Notes under the pieces: generated by a model | What the model was told of the DNA's origin: nothing | Databases searched by the model: none | What the model saw: only the letters and a program-made list of their open reading frames with translations | Made by a program: the position numbers and the translations under genes | Part shown: piece by piece, positions 29,045-39,933 of the stretch | Numbering within the stretch: position 1 is the stretch's first letter | Layout of the letters: the number at the start of each line of letters is the position of its first letter | Assembly: GCA_027622665.1 (NCBI GenBank) | Contig: JAQBYT010000001.1 | Location: 320,001-384,000, forward strand | DNA: 64,000 nucleotides | Source of the DNA: Verrucomicrobiota bacterium | GTDB taxonomy: Bacteria; Verrucomicrobiota; Verrucomicrobiia; Opitutales; Seribacteraceae | Direction: 5' to 3'

Positions 29045-30198
29045 TCCTCGCCTTCGAAGAAACGCTTGGCCTTGTCTATGATTCCCTCGTCTACATCCGC
29101 GTCCTTGTCGCCGCATGATTTAGCGAAATCGACTAACAATTCGCGCTGCTTTTTTGTAAGTTTTTTAGGGACATGAATAGTTATGCGCGCATAGAGATCT
29201 CCAATCCGACCGGAACTTCGGAGGTTGGGCATTCCCTTATCGCGCAAACGAAAAGTGCGGCCCGATTGAGTACCCGCAGGTATTTTCAAGGAGACCTTGC
29301 CGTTCAGCGTGGGTACATCCATGGAACCCCCTAGAGTCGCCAAAGTAAAGGGGAGGGTGAGTTCATGAAAAAGGTCATCTCCGTCCCGCTCGAAAAGCTC
29401 GTGATCCTTAACTTGCACGAAAACATAAAGATCCGCCGCCGGACCGCTCATCAGACCCGCATCGCCTCTACCGCGAGAGCACAATCGCGTACCGTCATCC
29501 ACGCCTTTAGGTATGCTAACCTTGACGGTCGCGGGTTCCCGTACGCGCCCCTCGCCCCCACAGGTTCCACAGGGGTTTTCAATCGTCACTCCCGATCCGC
29601 TGCATTTTGGACAAGTCCGCCGAATGCTGATGAAGCCTTGGTTGGAGGCAACCTGTCCAATGCCTCCGCAAGTTGGACACATCACTTTACCAGAACCTGA
29701 GGCAGCGCCTGATCCGTCGCACGGACCACAGGTTCCATAACGCCTGTACTTGATCTCTCGATCAACACCTTCGGCAGCTTGTTTCAATGAAATTTCCACA
29801 GAGACACGCAAGTCCGAGCCACGGGCTCCTCCCGCCTCCTGACCCTGCGAACTTGAACCACCGAAGAACTCCCCGAAAATACCGCCAAATCCGCCGCCGC
29901 CGCCGCCGCCGCCGCCGCCAAAAACATCGCGGAAAAGGTCAAACGGATCAACCGCGGCTCCTCCCCCTCCTGCCCGAAATGCGTCTGGCCCAAATTGGTC
30001 ATACCTGCGCCGCTTTTCCGGATCCTTGAGGATTTCGTATGCCTCCGAGACCTTTTTGAATTGCTCCTCTGCTTCTTTATCGCCGAGGTTTTTGTCCGGA
30101 TGATATTTTACAGCAAGCTTTCGGTAAGCTTTCTTTAGTTCTTCCGGGGATGCACCTCGAGGCACACCGAGTAATTCATAAAAGTCTTCTGATGCCAT
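29041..30198 (-). CDS. dnaJ: chaperone DnaJ
   Basis: J-domain HPD, G/F region, four CxxCxGxG repeats. Confidence 0.98.
   Translation of the reverse strand: MASEDFYELLGVPRGASPEELKKAYRKLAVKYHPDKNLGDKEAEEQFKKVSEAYEILKDPEKRRRYDQFGPDAFRAGGGGAAVDPFDLFRDVFGGGGGGGGGGFGGIFGEFFGGSSSQGQEAGGARGSDLRVSVEISLKQAAEGVDREIKYRRYGTCGPCDGSGAASGSGKVMCPTCGGIGQVASNQGFISIRRTCPKCSGSGVTIENPCGTCGGEGRVREPATVKVSIPKGVDDGTRLCSRGRGDAGLMSGPAADLYVFVQVKDHELFERDGDDLFHELTLPFTLATLGGSMDVPTLNGKVSLKIPAGTQSGRTFRLRDKGMPNLRSSGRIGDLYARITIHVPKKLTKKQRELLVDFAKSCGDKDADVDEGIIDKAKRFFEGED
29891..29919. repeat. pure (CCG/GGC)9 trinucleotide repeat encoding poly-Gly in the DnaJ G/F region
   Basis: ccgccgccgccgccgccgccgccgccgcc; Gly10 in the protein. 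Confidence 0.9.
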
Positions 30199-30230
30199 TG
30201 CCTTGTGATTAAAAGAGGGGGCTCGCTATT

Positions 30231-30851
30231 TCAGTCTTCGGATTGTTCTTCTTCTCCAATTGAGCCTTTGGAAATCACCACCGCCGCTGGTCGAAGCAAG
30301 CGGTCGCCCAACTTATATCCCGTGCGAACAGTATAGATTACTTGTCCTTCCTCTATATCTTCGCTCGCTTCGTGACTAACGGCTTCGTGTAGGCTTGTGT
30401 CAAATGGCTGGCCCGTTGCATCGATCAAAGAGAGTCCATGCTCTCCAAGTATTGATTCCATTTGAGTCATGACCATGGCAAAACCCTCCACAACACTTTT
30501 GGCCTCCTCGCGATTCTGAGCGTCCTGAAGGCCTAGGCGAAAAGCATCAACGGCGGGAAGAAGGTCCCCAATTATGTTTGCTCGAGTGCGCGAGGCGATT
30601 TCCTCACGGTCTCGAACTGAGCGCTTTCGCAAGTTGTCCAACTCAGCTGCCGCGCGAAGGTACTTGTTTTGTAGCTCGTCACGCTTGCCATAGGCTTCTT
30701 CCAGTTTACCTTGCATCCTGCCCGACGCATCGCCTTGAGGGGAATCCTCTTCCGGAGATTCGTCCACCGCATCGGTAGCGTTAGCTTCATCCGATATCTC
30801 TTCCGAAGATTGTGATACTGTTTCTTTTTCGGTTTTGTTCTCTTGTTCCAT
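30231..30851 (-). CDS. grpE: nucleotide exchange factor GrpE
   Basis: YLRAAAELDNLRKR, FDTSLHEAV, GYKLGDRLLRPAAV. Confidence 0.96.
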   Translation of the reverse strand: MEQENKTEKETVSQSSEEISDEANATDAVDESPEEDSPQGDASGRMQGKLEEAYGKRDELQNKYLRAAAELDNLRKRSVRDREEIASRTRANIIGDLLPAVDAFRLGLQDAQNREEAKSVVEGFAMVMTQMESILGEHGLSLIDATGQPFDTSLHEAVSHEASEDIEEGQVIYTVRTGYKLGDRLLRPAAVVISKGSIGEEEQSED

Positions 30852-30935
30852 CAAAGGTTGCAATGAGTTAAAAGGTATAAAAAACCTTGCCCTTCGCCGC
30901 CGGTCAACGGGAAAGCAGAGAAGTTTGCCCCCAAC

Positions 30936-31889
30936 TTAGCAAATAAAACGATCCGTCACCAGAAATGTCGTCTTTTCCGAAGCTTGACCGAAAAAATCCT
31001 CCGCAAAAGGTACAAGTCCGGTATCCCCTGCTTTCAAAAAACATCCCTCGCCGTGAAGAGATCCGCTCACAATATGCACCAAGACGACATCCCCACCAGC
31101 AGAAGAAAGTTTTTTCTTCTGCCCATCCGCAAGCTCGAATTTACAGATGCGGAAGTGGTCGCATGCAGCGATAACCTGTTCCGCGGCTTCAGGATCGGAG
31201 CGAAATGGCTCAGGCTCAAAATCGGCAAAGTTAATGCATCGCATAGACTCCTCGAGATGCAGTTCTCTGGGTTCACCATCCAACCCCACGCGTTCCCAAT
31301 CGTATACTCGGTAAGTGGTATCTGAATTTTGCTGTACCTCCAAAATCAAATTACCTCCATCGATAGCGTGAATGCGGCCACTTTCCACAAGAAGGGAGTC
31401 TCCGGCAAACGATGGAACTCGGTGACATAAATCAGCGAGACGCCCTTCATTCAGCGCCTCCCCAAAAGACTCTTTTGAAACCCCGGATTTCAATCCGGCG
31501 ATCAACCCTGCTCCGGAGTCGGCTTTCGCCACATACCAGTTTTCCGTTTTTGGTTCACCGCCGAGTTCATGCGCGATGGCTGAAGGAGGGTGAACCTGGA
31601 GACTTAGGCGTTCTGCGCAGTCCAACCATTTAACCAGAATCGGAAACGGTTTTGCGGAAGGCCAACTCGGACCAAGAAGCCAATCCGAATTACCTTCGAT
31701 CAATTCGCGGAGCGTGCGATCCTTCAAAGGTCCTTCCGCCACGATCGATTGGCTCTCGGGTCTGTCCACAATTTCCCAAGTTTCGCCTATTCTTTTACCC
31801 TCGGGTAAATCACGGCCAAATACTTTCTCAAGACTGCGACCTCCCCAAATACGAACTACGGAAATAGGTGTGAACTTAACAACCGACAT
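30936..31889 (-). CDS. manA: class I mannose-6-phosphate isomerase (cupin)
   Basis: IWGG, FPILVK, LSLQVHP, KTENWY, IHAI, EVQQNSDTTYRVYDW. Confidence 0.9.
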   Translation of the reverse strand: MSVVKFTPISVVRIWGGRSLEKVFGRDLPEGKRIGETWEIVDRPESQSIVAEGPLKDRTLRELIEGNSDWLLGPSWPSAKPFPILVKWLDCAERLSLQVHPPSAIAHELGGEPKTENWYVAKADSGAGLIAGLKSGVSKESFGEALNEGRLADLCHRVPSFAGDSLLVESGRIHAIDGGNLILEVQQNSDTTYRVYDWERVGLDGEPRELHLEESMRCINFADFEPEPFRSDPEAAEQVIAACDHFRICKFELADGQKKKLSSAGGDVVLVHIVSGSLHGEGCFLKAGDTGLVPFAEDFFGQASEKTTFLVTDRFIC

Positions 31890-31973
31890 TGGTAAAAGTA
31901 TCTTCAAAGATTGCGTTGCAAGGCAACGAAATCCTCTTATGCCTAGTCATCGTTAAAAAGTAAGGGAAATCTA

Positions 31974-34556
31974 GTGATAAAAAAAGGAATAGGTTCGGGG
32001 GCTCCAAAAGCCTCTGTCGGAAAAATTACGCCTGTGCGACGACCATGGCTGGCGGCAGGTCTTGCTGTGGCTGCTCTTGTCTGTTTGGTGAGCCTGCTTG
32101 ATTACGACGGACAAGGACATGCAGACCCAAGTGTAGGGGAGCCCCATTTACTGGGAGGAGTTGGAGAATTTTTATCGGATCAGATGTTGGCCAGCTTGGG
32201 ATTGGGAGCATGGCTTTTGCCTTGGGCTTTTGGCTGTGCCTCGTTTCTTACCTTTGCCGAAAGCACAAAGTCCATGAGAATCCGAAAACTTACCACCATC
32301 GGTTTGGTCATCATCTCAATCTCGACTTTAGCCAACCTGAGAGACGCCGGATTCAGGGCCGAAGGCGGGGAACCTCTTCTCGATAAAGATCTCTACCGCC
32401 ACGGAGCCGGCGGTTCCTTGGGTGGGGTTTTATATTCAGGTGTTCCGCTACACGCGCCGCCAGAGGTTCGTTCGGGCGGCTTTCTAGGCCAATGGCTAGG
32501 GGGGTTGGGTACGGGGCTTCTGATGAGCATAACTCTTGGCGGCTGTTTGCTTCTTCATTGGTCCGTCAAGCCAAACTTGGCGTTCGTCGGTCTACAAGGA
32601 TGGACAAGAGGCTTGCGGGAGCGCTTGTCCGTGGGAGCCAAAAACCTCAGTGGTTCAGAAGAAGCCCCGAGCCCGAAGCAAAAGAAAGAGAAAACTCAGT
32701 CGGTCGGTGAACCAGACGCGACGGTTGCTCAAAAGAAAAACTCCATTTTTAGCCGAAAAAAAGAAGAGGACGACATCCTCTTCGGAAAAGTTGGCTCGGA
32801 ATCAGATGCCGTCGAGGCAACACCCTCGACACCAAAAATAAAGAAAAAATCACTTCCTGAAGAGCAAGACCTCTCTGCGGAGGAGGAAAATGCCCCCCCC
32901 GTACCTGAACTCAAAAAAGCGTTGAAGCCTGTGCCGGGGGAGGTATTAGAGGCAGCCGAGGACAAGAGCGTAGATGGCTTTAGGATAGTAAGAGCAGCCA
33001 AAACCGAAAAAGCTGCAAACCTGTTCCCCGAACGAAAAGGCGACTATCACTTCCCCACTCTTGATCTTCTCATGGATCCACCCGAAGAAGAGGACTCGGC
33101 CGACGAAGATCATATGATCAAGGCTGTCCGTCTAAGGGACACTCTGGCCCAATTCAAGATCGAGGTTGAACTTGGCGAAGTTCACACAGGACCCGTCATA
33201 ACGAGATACGACATTCATCCTGCAGCAGGCATAAAAGTAGCAAAAATTGCAAACCTTGAAAAAGACCTCGCAATGGCCCTAAAAGCCGAAAGCGTGAGGA
33301 TCATTGCTCCCGTTCCCGGAAAAGGATGCGTAGGCATCGAGGTGCCCAACGACAAGCCCGCTGCCGTCTGCCTTAAAGAAATTTTGGAATCAAAGGCTTG
33401 GGCAGATGCAAACGCCGAGATTCCAATTGTTTTAGGCAAAGATGCCAGCGGTATTCCACTCGTAGCAGACCTCACAAAAATGCCTCACCTGCTGGTTGCG
33501 GGAACCACTGGTTCGGGCAAGACAGTTTGCATCAACACAATTATTGCATCCCTATGTTACCATTCGAGTCCCGAGGACGTCCGCTTTATCATGGTGGATC
33601 CAAAGATCGTTGAGATGAAAGTCTACAACGATCTTCCTCACATGCTCATCCCCGTCGTTACCGAACCCAAAAAGGTTCCGGGCGCACTTAAGTGGTTACT
33701 CATCGAAATGGAACGCCGCTACCAAATTTTCTCAAAAGTGGGTGCTCGAAATATCGCAGGCTTCAACGCTAAAATTTTAAAGGACAAGAAAGAAAAAGAA
33801 AAGGCGATCGCACTGGAAGCCGAAATGACCCCCGAGGAGCGAGCTGCATTGTCAAGCATTGAGGTTCCTCGGGACGACAGTGTTTTGGAAATCCCGGAAA
33901 ACAAACTTCCCTACATCGTCTGCTTTATTGACGAACTCGCCGACCTTATGATGGTGGCACAAGCCGATGTCGAAACCGGGATTGCTCGCTTGGCCCAGTT
34001 GGCCAGGGCGGCAGGCATACACCTAATAATCGCCACCCAGCGACCATCCGTCAACGTCATCACCGGCGTTATCAAGGCTAATCTCCCCAGCCGTATCTCT
34101 TTTCGTGTAGCATCCTATCGAGACAGCCAAACCATACTCGACTCCAAGGGGGCGGAAACATTAATCGGGCGAGGTGACATGCTTTTCATTCCACCTGGCA
34201 GTCCGGTATTTATACGGGCCCAAGGAGCATTCGTCAGCGATGATGAAATCAACGGCATCGTAGAATACTTAAAACGAAACGGCCCGCCGGAAATCATTGA
34301 AGAAGTACGTGCTCAAGTAGAGGCGGCCGGACAAGAAGAAATTCTTGGAGAAGATGGAGATAGCGACGAAGATCCTATGGTCAAGAGAGCCATTGAAATA
34401 ATTCGCACCACCAAACGAGCCTCGACCTCCAACTTGCAAAGGAAACTGAGCATAGGCTACAATCGAGCTGCTCGCATAATGGATGAGTTGGAAGACCGAG
34501 GAATGGTCGGGCCTGACTATGGTTCACAAGGTAGAGAAATTCTCTTGGACTTGTGA
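31974..34556 (+). CDS. ftsK: DNA translocase FtsK
   Basis: N-terminal TM helices, MPHLLVAGTTGSGKT, IDELADLM, ATQRPS, gamma domain LQRKLSIGYNRAARI. Confidence 0.98.
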   Translation: MIKKGIGSGAPKASVGKITPVRRPWLAAGLAVAALVCLVSLLDYDGQGHADPSVGEPHLLGGVGEFLSDQMLASLGLGAWLLPWAFGCASFLTFAESTKSMRIRKLTTIGLVIISISTLANLRDAGFRAEGGEPLLDKDLYRHGAGGSLGGVLYSGVPLHAPPEVRSGGFLGQWLGGLGTGLLMSITLGGCLLLHWSVKPNLAFVGLQGWTRGLRERLSVGAKNLSGSEEAPSPKQKKEKTQSVGEPDATVAQKKNSIFSRKKEEDDILFGKVGSESDAVEATPSTPKIKKKSLPEEQDLSAEEENAPPVPELKKALKPVPGEVLEAAEDKSVDGFRIVRAAKTEKAANLFPERKGDYHFPTLDLLMDPPEEEDSADEDHMIKAVRLRDTLAQFKIEVELGEVHTGPVITRYDIHPAAGIKVAKIANLEKDLAMALKAESVRIIAPVPGKGCVGIEVPNDKPAAVCLKEILESKAWADANAEIPIVLGKDASGIPLVADLTKMPHLLVAGTTGSGKTVCINTIIASLCYHSSPEDVRFIMVDPKIVEMKVYNDLPHMLIPVVTEPKKVPGALKWLLIEMERRYQIFSKVGARNIAGFNAKILKDKKEKEKAIALEAEMTPEERAALSSIEVPRDDSVLEIPENKLPYIVCFIDELADLMMVAQADVETGIARLAQLARAAGIHLIIATQRPSVNVITGVIKANLPSRISFRVASYRDSQTILDSKGAETLIGRGDMLFIPPGSPVFIRAQGAFVSDDEINGIVEYLKRNGPPEIIEEVRAQVEAAGQEEILGEDGDSDEDPMVKRAIEIIRTTKRASTSNLQRKLSIGYNRAARIMDELEDRGMVGPDYGSQGREILLDL

Positions 34557-34655
34557 CACGTCAACTGGTTAAAGTAAGTCCATGAAAAAAAATCTTGAGG
34601 AAAGACGGTTGCTGATTGAATCCCGCCACCTGTTGTGCCTTAAGTTAACTTAATT

Positions 34656-35483
34656 ATGGCATCCATCGGACAAAAGCTGGAAGAAGCTCGTAATAGAAAA
34701 GGCATTTCTATACGCGAAGCGGAAGAAGCTACTAAGATTAGAGGCCACTTTCTTGCCTCTTTTGAAAAAGACGCCTTTGATGTAGATTTGCCACCGGTTT
34801 ATTTGAGCGGTTTCCTCAAGAATTATGCTCGCTTTCTTGGGCTAGATCCTGAGGCGGTCCTCGCAGAGCTTGATGTCTTGTTGCCCAGTCGCTCGGGCAA
34901 GACTGCCAAGAAGTCACTGGGTTCCATTACCTCTAGCAGTGAAGGCGAGGAAACCGAGGGAGCCTCTGGTTCCACGACTCAATCGGCGGCAACAGAACCT
35001 CGTCGCGGGTCGCCTCTTTCTAACTCTAGACAAACCGGTACTCAAGGTGTTCTCAAGCCTGTCATCGTAATTACTTCCGGGGCATTGATCCTCGTAGGTA
35101 TAATTGTAGCCTTGGTTTATGTCTTAAGCAAGCCGGATGCTCCAAGCTCTCCTCCCAATAATTCAGCTATTACTGAGAGAGGGACGACAGCGGCAGATTC
35201 GGACGGCGGTGCATCTGTTAAAAAAATTACGCTTCGGCTTGCCGCCTACGGTCCAATCGAAAGACTGATTCTCTCAGACGATGGGGCCAAGCCGTCTCAA
35301 AAAAAATATTATGACCGACAGTCCCTTAAGGCCGGATGGGAAGAAAGCTTCAGCATCAATGGTTCTTTCCGCTGCTACTCCTCTTCCTTGGAAAACATTC
35401 GCTATATAATCAACGATGGACAAGAGCTTGTTCCGAAGAAAAGTGGTAAAGGTAGTTTTGTTTGGCCACTGGAAAAGGAATAG
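34656..35483 (+). CDS. rodZ: RodZ-like HTH membrane protein
   Basis: IGQKLEEAR...TKIR...GFLKNYARFLGLD, single TM helix; follows ftsK. Confidence 0.8.
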   Translation: MASIGQKLEEARNRKGISIREAEEATKIRGHFLASFEKDAFDVDLPPVYLSGFLKNYARFLGLDPEAVLAELDVLLPSRSGKTAKKSLGSITSSSEGEETEGASGSTTQSAATEPRRGSPLSNSRQTGTQGVLKPVIVITSGALILVGIIVALVYVLSKPDAPSSPPNNSAITERGTTAADSDGGASVKKITLRLAAYGPIERLILSDDGAKPSQKKYYDRQSLKAGWEESFSINGSFRCYSSSLENIRYIINDGQELVPKKSGKGSFVWPLEKE

Positions 35484-35489
35484 CGTACC

Positions 35490-38447
35490 TCAATCTCGGG
35501 CTGCCGGGGTAATGTCCAGTTTCAGCGTTTCGCCTTTGCGATTGACCTCTATGATCGCCGCGACCTTTGGCTTCAATTCACCGATGGCATCGGTATAGTC
35601 ATAAACATTTTCCACTTTCTTGCCCGCCAAGCTGATGATTACATCACCACCTCGAAGCCCCGCCTTATCGGCAGGACCGCCTTTTGCAACACCTGACAGC
35701 AAGACTCCCTTCAGGTCGCTTTGAGAGTAGTCGGGAATTGTCCCAAGGTAAGCCGTTAGGCGGCCACGGCTACGGCTTTTCGGGGCCGGCGAGGACCGGT
35801 AAGGGATGGGGGCATCACGTTGAAGTAACTCCATGGCAACCCGAGCAAGAAGTTTACCGCAATCGGCGGCCGCTTCGTAATCGAGTTTATCCGCCGTATC
35901 CGTGGGGGCGTGATAGTCTTGGTGAAGACCCGTGAATGCACTAAGAATCGGAACGCCCCGAGAGTAAAAAGATGTGGTATCGGTTGGCAAGTGGCTGTCG
36001 TTTTGCAGGTTGAGGTTCAACCCTACGGGCACATTCGCTTTCTCGATAATTGGAAGCCATCCATCGCCCGAACCGATGCCGTGCAGGGTGAGTTTCTCTT
36101 TGTACCGACCAACCATGTCCAGATTCAGGTAGGCAATAATGGGTAAACTCGCGTTGTCGTCACTTGCCTTAACCTTTTTCTCAAGATCACGGGCATAATG
36201 CGCAGAGCCAACAAGCCCAATTTCCTCGCCCGACCATGCGGCAAAGCAAATGTCGAAATTCATCTTCAGCAAACCACGCTTTTTTAGATCGGCCAAAAAC
36301 TGGGCTATTTCCAAAAGAACTGCAATTCCGGAGGCGTTGTCGTCGGCACCAGGATGTATTTTCTTTTTAGCGTTTTTCTTTGCTCGAGATCCGACTCGTC
36401 CTTTGCCGACATGATCCAGATGAGCTCCGATCACAATAAATAGCGTCGAGGGCTTCTTGCCAGCCCGCAACCATCCCAAAACATTGCGACCCGTTCCTTT
36501 CTCTCGAATTATTTCTATTTCTGCCTCCAGCTGAATGCCTTTGAGGGAAAAGCCCATTGCAGGTTCCCCTTTGTCGAACGCGTTCTGCACTGTCTGCAGG
36601 TCCTTTCCGGCTAAGGTGAATATATTTGAGGCAAGCTGATCATCAATTGACGCGGTCAGTAGAGACATTCCAGAACCAGAGGCATCCGGGAAGAAGCTAA
36701 CCAGTTCCTTTCTGTTCTCCGCGTTTGGACCCGTGACAAATAGTACACCCGCGGCTCCAAGGTCACGGGCAATAGAAGCTTTTTTTCGTAGCGCTGCATG
36801 ACTCGCAAATTTATCTTTGCGTTTCTTCTCCCATCCACTCGGCAGATAGCGAAGCACCATCACCCATTTGTCTTTAACATCAAGATGAACATAAGAATCG
36901 TATTCTGAAAAGCCGTCCTTGGGTGGTATTTGTAGACCGTAACCAGCAAAAACCACATCTCGAGAGTCCTTGGCTGCAGTATCGGAAAAGGCGATCGGCC
37001 GCCAGTTCTTCTCTAACTCAAAAGCAATACTCTCCTTATTCTTAATTCGCAGAAAATTTTCCTTTCCGAGCCTTACTTCCTTTGTGAATGGGAATGCTTG
37101 AAACCAGGATCGATTGTTTCCCGCAGGCTCGATACCGTAAGAAGCAAGAAGGTCGGCCACATACTTGGAGGCCAATCGAGCTCCTTGCGATCCCGTGAAA
37201 CGGCCCTCAAGTTTTTCAGAAGCAAGGTATTCGACATGAACCCGAGCGTCCGCGGGATCAATATCCGGAGAAGAGTGGTTCGCGGTGACCGACTCTCGCA
37301 GGTCCTCCGATTTATTGAGCCGAGGGACTTCACCAGCAGCAGCGAGTAAATCCATCGCCGCTTCGTGATCCCATCTAGCAAGGTGAATCTGGGACTGTTT
37401 TGCAGTTCCTCGATTACTCGTCCAAGACAAGGATTTTCCATCTGGCGAAAAACAGGGCAGACCGTCAAAACCATCTGTAAAAGTAACGCGAGCAGGTTCT
37501 TTAGCACCCTTTGCGTCGACAAGATAAAGTTCAAAGTTCTGAAAACCGTGTACATTGGTTGAAAAGATTAAGTATTTTCCCGAAGGATGAAAGAATGGCG
37601 CCCATGACATCTTCCCGAGATTTGTTAGCTTTCTCTGCTCAGACCCATCCACATTCATGACATAGATTTCAGCCTGGTGACCGTTTTCGGAAAATCGGCG
37701 CCAGCATATCTGGGTGCCATCGGCATTAAAGAAGGGCCCTCCATCGTAACCCGCTACATTCGTGAGACGGCGCAGGTTGGAACCATCTGAATTCATAAGG
37801 AAAATTTCGGAAAAATATGATTTGTCTCGTTCCAGAATTTTCTTCTCCTCTTCCGAAAGGTCCCGTTGGTAAGCTTGGCGATTGGAGGCAAATACTATAA
37901 GCTTTCCGTTTGGGGAATAGCATCCCTCGGCATCGTAACCACGGGCATTTGTAAGGTTGCGAAGGTTTCCGGATTTCAAGTCTTTTTCAAAAATGTCGTA
38001 CCACTCGTCGTAGTCCCATGAATACTTTCGAGCCTGGCCTGACTCACGGAACTCCAGTTCCACCTTCTGCTTATCCTTCGCAGCCGGGTCTTCGTGACTG
38101 GATGCGAAAAGAGCCTTTTCCTCGAACGGATGAAGCCATGAGCAGGTCGTCTTGCCTGAACCTGTGGACACAAGATCCGTTTCCCCCGTTTCCAAATCGA
38201 GAACATAGATTTGATAGAATGGGTTTTCAGGTAGCCGTTCCGATTGGTAAATAAGCTTCTTCCCGTCTGCTGAAAAATAGCCCTCGCCGCTACGCTTACC
38301 CGCGAAAGTAAGTTTCCGCCCACGCGAAAGCAGTCGGCCCTCGTTTTCCTTGACTTGCTTTTCCGTTAGTTCCGACTCCAACGGTTTTGTAGCAGTCGGT
38401 ATCGCAAATAGGGCCAGAGTGGTGAAAAAGGTTATTGTCATAATCAA
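35490..38447 (-). CDS. secreted M28 peptidase with TolB-like PD40 propeller, PA and PDZ domains
   Basis: PD40 repeats (YDAEGCYSPNG, FDGLPCFSPDG), GAHLDH, GADDNASG, WSGEE, NLDMVG, DYH, YLGTIPD PDZ. Confidence 0.92.
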   Translation of the reverse strand: MIMTITFFTTLALFAIPTATKPLESELTEKQVKENEGRLLSRGRKLTFAGKRSGEGYFSADGKKLIYQSERLPENPFYQIYVLDLETGETDLVSTGSGKTTCSWLHPFEEKALFASSHEDPAAKDKQKVELEFRESGQARKYSWDYDEWYDIFEKDLKSGNLRNLTNARGYDAEGCYSPNGKLIVFASNRQAYQRDLSEEEKKILERDKSYFSEIFLMNSDGSNLRRLTNVAGYDGGPFFNADGTQICWRRFSENGHQAEIYVMNVDGSEQRKLTNLGKMSWAPFFHPSGKYLIFSTNVHGFQNFELYLVDAKGAKEPARVTFTDGFDGLPCFSPDGKSLSWTSNRGTAKQSQIHLARWDHEAAMDLLAAAGEVPRLNKSEDLRESVTANHSSPDIDPADARVHVEYLASEKLEGRFTGSQGARLASKYVADLLASYGIEPAGNNRSWFQAFPFTKEVRLGKENFLRIKNKESIAFELEKNWRPIAFSDTAAKDSRDVVFAGYGLQIPPKDGFSEYDSYVHLDVKDKWVMVLRYLPSGWEKKRKDKFASHAALRKKASIARDLGAAGVLFVTGPNAENRKELVSFFPDASGSGMSLLTASIDDQLASNIFTLAGKDLQTVQNAFDKGEPAMGFSLKGIQLEAEIEIIREKGTGRNVLGWLRAGKKPSTLFIVIGAHLDHVGKGRVGSRAKKNAKKKIHPGADDNASGIAVLLEIAQFLADLKKRGLLKMNFDICFAAWSGEEIGLVGSAHYARDLEKKVKASDDNASLPIIAYLNLDMVGRYKEKLTLHGIGSGDGWLPIIEKANVPVGLNLNLQNDSHLPTDTTSFYSRGVPILSAFTGLHQDYHAPTDTADKLDYEAAADCGKLLARVAMELLQRDAPIPYRSSPAPKSRSRGRLTAYLGTIPDYSQSDLKGVLLSGVAKGGPADKAGLRGGDVIISLAGKKVENVYDYTDAIGELKPKVAAIIEVNRKGETLKLDITPAARD

Positions 38448-39657
38448 TTTAAAAGTCGGTTGAGGTTAGGAGCCAAAAGCTTTGGATAAGAATAGGGGTA
38501 GGAGAACATTAAGGTTACTTGAATAACGCTGCCTCACTGGCTCGCAAGCCGGATCGCTTGCAACACAACCAATTTTAATGAAGGGCGAACAGGTTAAAAA
38601 CAGTTGCAATACATTAACATTGGGCAAAGCTTGATGCCTCGATATGAAATTTCACAATAGAGTTCTTATTGGTCTAGTTTGCATGATGGGACTTTCCAGT
38701 TTTTGTATCGCAGAAACCTCGTGGCCTGACTACCGAGGTCCCAATCAAGACGGCTCGATCAACGGCCTGGATCTCCCGCTTCAATGGAGCGAGGGCAATC
38801 GGGTCTTATGGAAAACGGTCGTTCACGGTCGTGGTTGGTCGAGCCCCGTAGTTGCCGCTGGTCAAGTATGGCTCACGACCGCAACGCCAGATGGCCGGGA
38901 ACTGTATGTCCTTTGCGTCGACGCTAACTCGGGGGGAATTCTCCTCAATCGTAAGCTCTTTCAAATTGCCAAGCCTCAATTCGCACACGCCTTTAACTCT
39001 TACGCATCACCTTCTCCGCTGATCGACAGTTCGCATGTTTATGTTTCCTTTGGTTCACCCGGAACCGGCTTGCCTCGACCTAAAGACGCATAAGATCCTC
39101 TGGGAAAGAACGGATCTAGTATGCGATCATTTTCGTGGTGCGGGTTCATCTCCTTTCGTTTACGAAAATTTAATTATTCTAACCATGGACGGGGCAGACT
39201 ACCAATACTTGATCGCCCTCGACAAGCTCACGGGCAACACAGTTTGGCGAACAGACCGATCCACCGACTTCGGCGATCTCGATCCCAACACCGGCTTGCC
39301 CAAACGCGGTGGAGACTTCCGCAAGAGTTACGCCACTCCAGTCCTCGCGCAAGTTAAGGGACAAAGTCAACTCATCAGCCCCGGAGCCAAGGCTGTATTC
39401 GCGTATGACCCTCGCACCGGCAAAGAAATCTGGACTATTAGGTACGGCAATCATTCCAGCGCCGCTCGAACGCTTGTTGGCCATGACATGGCTTTCGTCA
39501 ATACTGGCTACGGAAAAGCCGAGCTTCTTGGTATTCGCATAGATGGCAAAGGCGATGTGACCGACACCCACGAAGGATTGATTTTGATAAAATTTAAGTC
39601 AAGTCATCCATACTAGATTAGATGTTGAAGTATAATATTAACTTTTAAATTCATTGT

Positions 39658-39888
39658 ATGAAAAGAAATAACACTTTATTACTTTTACTTTCTACTTTCA
39701 TCCTCATCAGCTTTGCACCTTCCATAGCTATAGCAAATGGTAGTTTGAGTAATGATAACGAGACTCATTATGATGATAGTGATACCTATGATAATTCTAA
39801 TGATACTGATGAAGATAATACAGAGTCGGAAGATATTGAATCAAACGGATCTGAGGTTGAAGAGAAAAGCGAATATGACAAAGAATAA
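39658..39888 (+). CDS. small secreted Asp/Glu/Ser/Thr/Asn-rich peptide
   Basis: Sec-type signal MKRNNTLLLLLSTFILISFAPSIAIA then ~50 aa acidic low-complexity region; TATAAT at 39631. Confidence 0.7.
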   Translation: MKRNNTLLLLLSTFILISFAPSIAIANGSLSNDNETHYDDSDTYDNSNDTDEDNTESEDIESNGSEVEEKSEYDKE

Positions 39889-39933
39889 TAATTTTCTTTC
39901 CATATTTTATCGAAATTCTAATTTGTTACAAAT

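Noticed and set aside
30852..30935. CIRCE operator upstream of grpE
   Set aside because: No TTAGCACTC-N9-GAGTGCTAA match.
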